Below are positions 19,187-24,000 of a stretch of DNA of 24,000 nt, in pieces (positions within the stretch are counted from its first letter, which is position 1; each line of letters begins with the position of its first letter). Source of the stretch: Providencia rettgeri (GTDB taxonomy: Bacteria > Pseudomonadota > Gammaproteobacteria > Enterobacterales > Enterobacteriaceae); the NCBI GenBank assembly GCA_900455085.1, contig UGTZ01000001.1, forward strand, positions 3,804,661 through 3,828,660, written 5' to 3'. The position numbers and the translations under genes are program-made. The notes beneath the pieces are model-generated. The model searched no databases and was not told the origin of the DNA. It saw only the letters and a program-made list of their open reading frames with translations.

Positions 19187-19225
19187 TAAAAAAACCGGCA
19201 CCGCTAGAAATATAACGATGCCGGT
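19187..19225 (-). terminator. rho-independent terminator after groEL
   Basis: On the minus strand, accggcatcg (19225-19216) pairs with cggtgccggt (19203-19194). This is 10 bp including one G-U pair, and is followed by ttttttt (19193-19187). Confidence 0.75.
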
Positions 19226-19285
19226 CTTATGGTGGGTAGCCCTAACTTAGTTAGTAACTACTTGAGCTTGATGTCGCCAACTGGC

Positions 19286-20941
<1,656 letters not shown>

Positions 20942-20980
20942 TCAAATTCTTTTCGTTCGTTGAGAAGTTTTAAGTGAAAA

Positions 20981-21331
<351 letters not shown>

Positions 21332-21358
21332 TTAAATAAACTAGTACCATGTTTGAGC

Positions 21359-21392
21359 AGATTGGGGCGAAGAAGAGGGACTTCAAGGGGGG
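21359..21392 (-). promoter_or_regulatory. sigma-32 heat-shock promoter of groES-groEL
   Basis: The minus strand reads CCCCCCTTGAA, then a 14-nt spacer, then CCCCAATCT. The -35 CTTGAA is at 21387-21382 and the -10 is at 21367-21359. This matches the sigma-32 consensus (CTTGAA / CCCCATnT) and the E. coli groE promoter layout. Confidence 0.7.
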
Positions 21393-21422
21393 AGATAAAA
21401 AATTTTTCATTTTTATCTCCCC
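21389..21422 (-). terminator. 13-bp perfect inverted repeat just downstream of fxsA, overlapping the groES -35 region
   Basis: ggggagataaaaa (21389-21401) pairs with tttttatctcccc (21410-21422) around an 8-nt loop. It starts 16 nt after the fxsA stop. There is no clean U-tract after the stem. Confidence 0.5.
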
Positions 21423-21437
21423 ATAAATAGGATGGTT

Positions 21438-21953
21438 TTATGGTTTAGGGCGATCGTCTTTATCTGACGAATCTGTTTTATCTGAATTATCGATTGTAAA
21501 AGAAGGATCGTCTTGCTTACGTTGGAATTCCCCCTCAAAAGTATCGCCACGTTGAAAGCCGCCATTTCCCGTTTGGTTAAAACCAGCACCTGGTTGGTAG
21601 AAACGAATATGAGGAATTAAGCGCATTACAATAAGCTTTTGAATTGGCGGTAGTAATAACAGTAAACCAATAAAATCCGTAAAGAACCCAGGCACAATCA
21701 ACAAGAAACCCGCTAAGACCAATGCAACGCTCTTGATCATTTCAGCTGCAGGGCTTTCACCTGATGCTAACTTTTGTTGGATTTGCAGTACATTTTTCAT
21801 GCCTTGATTTTTCACAAGTGACACACCTAAGCAGGATGTCAAAACGACTAAAATTAACGTCATTAAAACACCAACTTCAGATGCAACCCGCACAAAAATG
21901 ACGGATTCAATGTAAACGAGAATACATATCAGAATGAGTGGTAACCAGCGCAC
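21438..21953 (-). CDS. fxsA: FxsA family inner-membrane protein
   Basis: Intact ORF with a GTG start at 21953. MRWLPLILICILVYIE… and …PAAEMIKSVALVLAGFLLIVPGFFTDFIGLLLLLPPIQK match E. coli FxsA. The acidic C-terminal tail is low-complexity. Confidence 0.88.
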   Translation of the reverse strand: MRWLPLILICILVYIESVIFVRVASEVGVLMTLILVVLTSCLGVSLVKNQGMKNVLQIQQKLASGESPAAEMIKSVALVLAGFLLIVPGFFTDFIGLLLLLPPIQKLIVMRLIPHIRFYQPGAGFNQTGNGGFQRGDTFEGEFQRKQDDPSFTIDNSDKTDSSDKDDRPKP

Positions 21954-22129
21954 AAGTTCTCCTTTATTTCAATAAGCTATCGATTATTTTACGCCCCTAG
22001 GGAAACCTTTGTGAACTGCATCTAAGAGACAACTATCAATATTCGCTTTTTTCTTTAGTATAGCCATAATAATTGGGGCAGATATAACGCTTTTCAACTC
22101 ACAGATTTTTTTCATTAATGGCACTTATC

Positions 22130-22145
22130 TGTGATGAATATCACA
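22130..22145. promoter_or_regulatory. CRP (cAMP receptor protein) binding site, perfect core
   Basis: TGTGAtgaataTCACA is an exact match to both half-sites of the consensus TGTGA-N6-TCACA. It lies in the divergent fxsA/aspA intergenic region, 245 nt upstream of the aspA ATG. Confidence 0.7.
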
Positions 22146-22389
22146 CAACGTGAAATCTGTTGCATAAATCAAACTATATAGTGATCTAGGTTCAAGGCAA
22201 TAGATGATTAAAAGCATATCATCTACCCATAAATCAGTAGATCATAATGCTGACAACGTAGTAGACGGTGTTAATTGCTTGTAAAGTTTTACTTTGCAAT
22301 ATTAATCACCTGTGAATTTTGTTTTACGAAGTATCGATTTTTAAAGCGCATAAACGGACAGTAACTGTAATCTAATTAAGAAGGTTCTC

Positions 22390-23815
22390 ATGTCAAACAA
22401 TACTCGTATCGAAGAAGACCTGTTAGGTAAAAAAGAAGTTCCAGCTGATGCCTATTATGGTGTTCATACTCTGCGTGCGATTGAAAACTTTTATATCAGC
22501 GACCGCACCATTAACGATGTCCCAGAATTTATTCGTGGCATGGTTATGGTTAAAAAAGCGGCGGCTTTAGCCAACAAAGAACAGCACACTATTCCACGTA
22601 ATATCGCGGATACCATCATCAAAGCGTGTGACGTTGTTCTAAATGAAGGCAAATGCATGGACCAATTCCCGGTTGACGTATTCCAAGGTGGTGCGGGCAC
22701 ATCACTGAACATGAATACCAACGAGGTTCTAGCAAACATCGGTCTTGAACTGATGGGTCATAAAAAAGGTGAGTATGAATTCTTAAATCCAAATGACCAC
22801 CTGAACAAAAGTCAATCCACTAACGATGCATACCCTACAGGGTTCCGTATCGCAGTGTATAATTCTATATTGAAGTTAATTGAGTCTGTTGAATACCTGA
22901 AAAAAGGCTTTGAAGCTAAAGCTGAAGAATACAAAGACATTCTGAAAATGGGTCGTACCCAGCTGCAGGATGCCGTTCCAATGACTGTCGGCCAAGAATT
23001 CCATGCTTTCGCTACTCTCTTAAAAGAAGAAGAGAAAAACTTAAAACGCAGCATTGAATTACTACTCGAAGTTAACTTGGGCGCAACTGCTATTGGTACA
23101 GGCCTGAATACTGCTCCTGGTTACTCAGAACTTGCAGTTAAAAAATTAGCAGAAGTGACTGGTCTACCATGCGTTCCAGCAGAAGACTTAATCGAAGCAA
23201 CCTCTGACTGTGGTGCTTACATCACTGTTCATGCAGGCTTAAAACGTCTAGCGATGAAACTGTCTAAAATTTGTAACGACTTACGTCTGCTATCTTCAGG
23301 TCCTCGCGCTGGCCTTAAAGAAATCAACTTACCTGAGTTACAAGCTGGTTCGTCTATCATGCCAGCAAAAGTTAACCCTGTTATTCCTGAAGTCGTCAAC
23401 CAAGCATGTTTCAAAGTTATTGGTAATGATATCTGTGTAACGATGGCTGCTGAAGCAGGTCAATTACAATTAAACGTAATGGAACCAGCGATTGGCCAAG
23501 CGATGTTCGAGTCTATCTCTCTGATGAGCAACGCATGTCGTAACCTGCAAGAAAAATGTATTAGCGGCATTACTGTGAACAAAGAAATCTGTGAAGCATT
23601 TGTATTTAACTCCATCGGTATCGTCACTTATCTGAACCCATTCATTGGTCACCATAATGGTGATATCGTGGGTAAAATCTGTGCTGAAACTGGTAAGAGC
23701 GTACGCGAAGTTGTTTTTAGAACGCGGTTTACTGACTGAAGCAGAACTGGATGATATTTTCTCTGTTGAGAACTTAAAACACCCAGCTTATAAAGCAAAA
23801 CGCTTTGATGACTAA
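22390..23815 (+). CDS. aspA: aspartate ammonia-lyase AspA; 3' end out of frame as sequenced
   Basis: It is colinear with E. coli AspA, including the [11 protein letters not shown] signature. The sequenced ORF ends at 23739 (…[13 protein letters not shown]). Removing one T from the T5 run 23714-23718 gives …[38 protein letters not shown], with the stop at 23813-23815. Confidence 0.95.
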
Positions 23816-23851
23816 AAATTTATGTTTATCATAAATAATACTTAAAAATAA

Positions 23852-23886
23852 AGGCACGCCTCTCAACAGAAAGCGTGCCTTTTTTG
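23852..23886 (+). terminator. rho-independent terminator after aspA
   Basis: aggcacgc (23852-23859) pairs with gcgtgcct (23873-23880), followed by tttttt. Confidence 0.8.
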
Positions 23887-23959
23887 ATTAATACACACAC
23901 AAATAATTAACATAACAGTTTCATAATTTTAATTTTCATTTTGTCGAGGAGTAAACACT

Positions 23960-24000
23960 ATGTTAGCCGTAGAATTTATTATTGTTCTGCTGGCCATCTT
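23960..24000 (+). CDS. dcuA: anaerobic C4-dicarboxylate transporter DcuA, first 13 codons only
   Basis: ATG at 23960 after GAGGA (23946-23950). MLAVEFIIVLLAI resembles the E. coli DcuA start MLVVELIIVLLAI, and the position after aspA matches E. coli synteny. The fragment is very short. Confidence 0.65.
   Translation, partial: MLAVEFIIVLLAI

Overview
This is a chromosomal segment from an AT-rich member of the Enterobacterales. Protein sequences and gene content look Morganellaceae-like (Proteus/Providencia type), but that is inference only. The backbone follows the E. coli order epmA / frdABCD ... gdx ... efp / epmB / yjeI / groLS / fxsA / aspA / dcuA, recalled from memory. Three accessory blocks interrupt it. 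(1) 4.2-6.8 kb holds a tetR/tetA efflux determinant with two tet operators, plus a second TetR-family regulator. (2) 6.9-12.3 kb holds a same-strand array of three LuxR-type solo regulators interleaved with two MHS-family permeases, followed by an Ner/Nlp-type HTH gene. The regulators have an N-terminal domain I cannot place. (3) 12.4-16.8 kb holds gdx behind a guanidine-II (mini-ykkC) riboswitch candidate, then eamA, cstA, two ERIC-like repeats and ybdD. I see no tRNA, rRNA, CRISPR array, transposase or integrase. About 30 reading-frame disruptions are visible. Nearly all are single-nucleotide indels and most sit in short homopolymer runs. They lie almost entirely in 1-16.3 kb, with only one in the last 7.7 kb, where ybdD, efp, epmB, yjeI, groLS and fxsA are all intact. 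This fits either homopolymer sequencing or assembly error, or real early gene decay; the sequence alone cannot decide. I report restored full-length gene spans and state each break. The best candidate for something undescribed is the duplicated LuxR-solo/MHS-permease module array (6899-11863).
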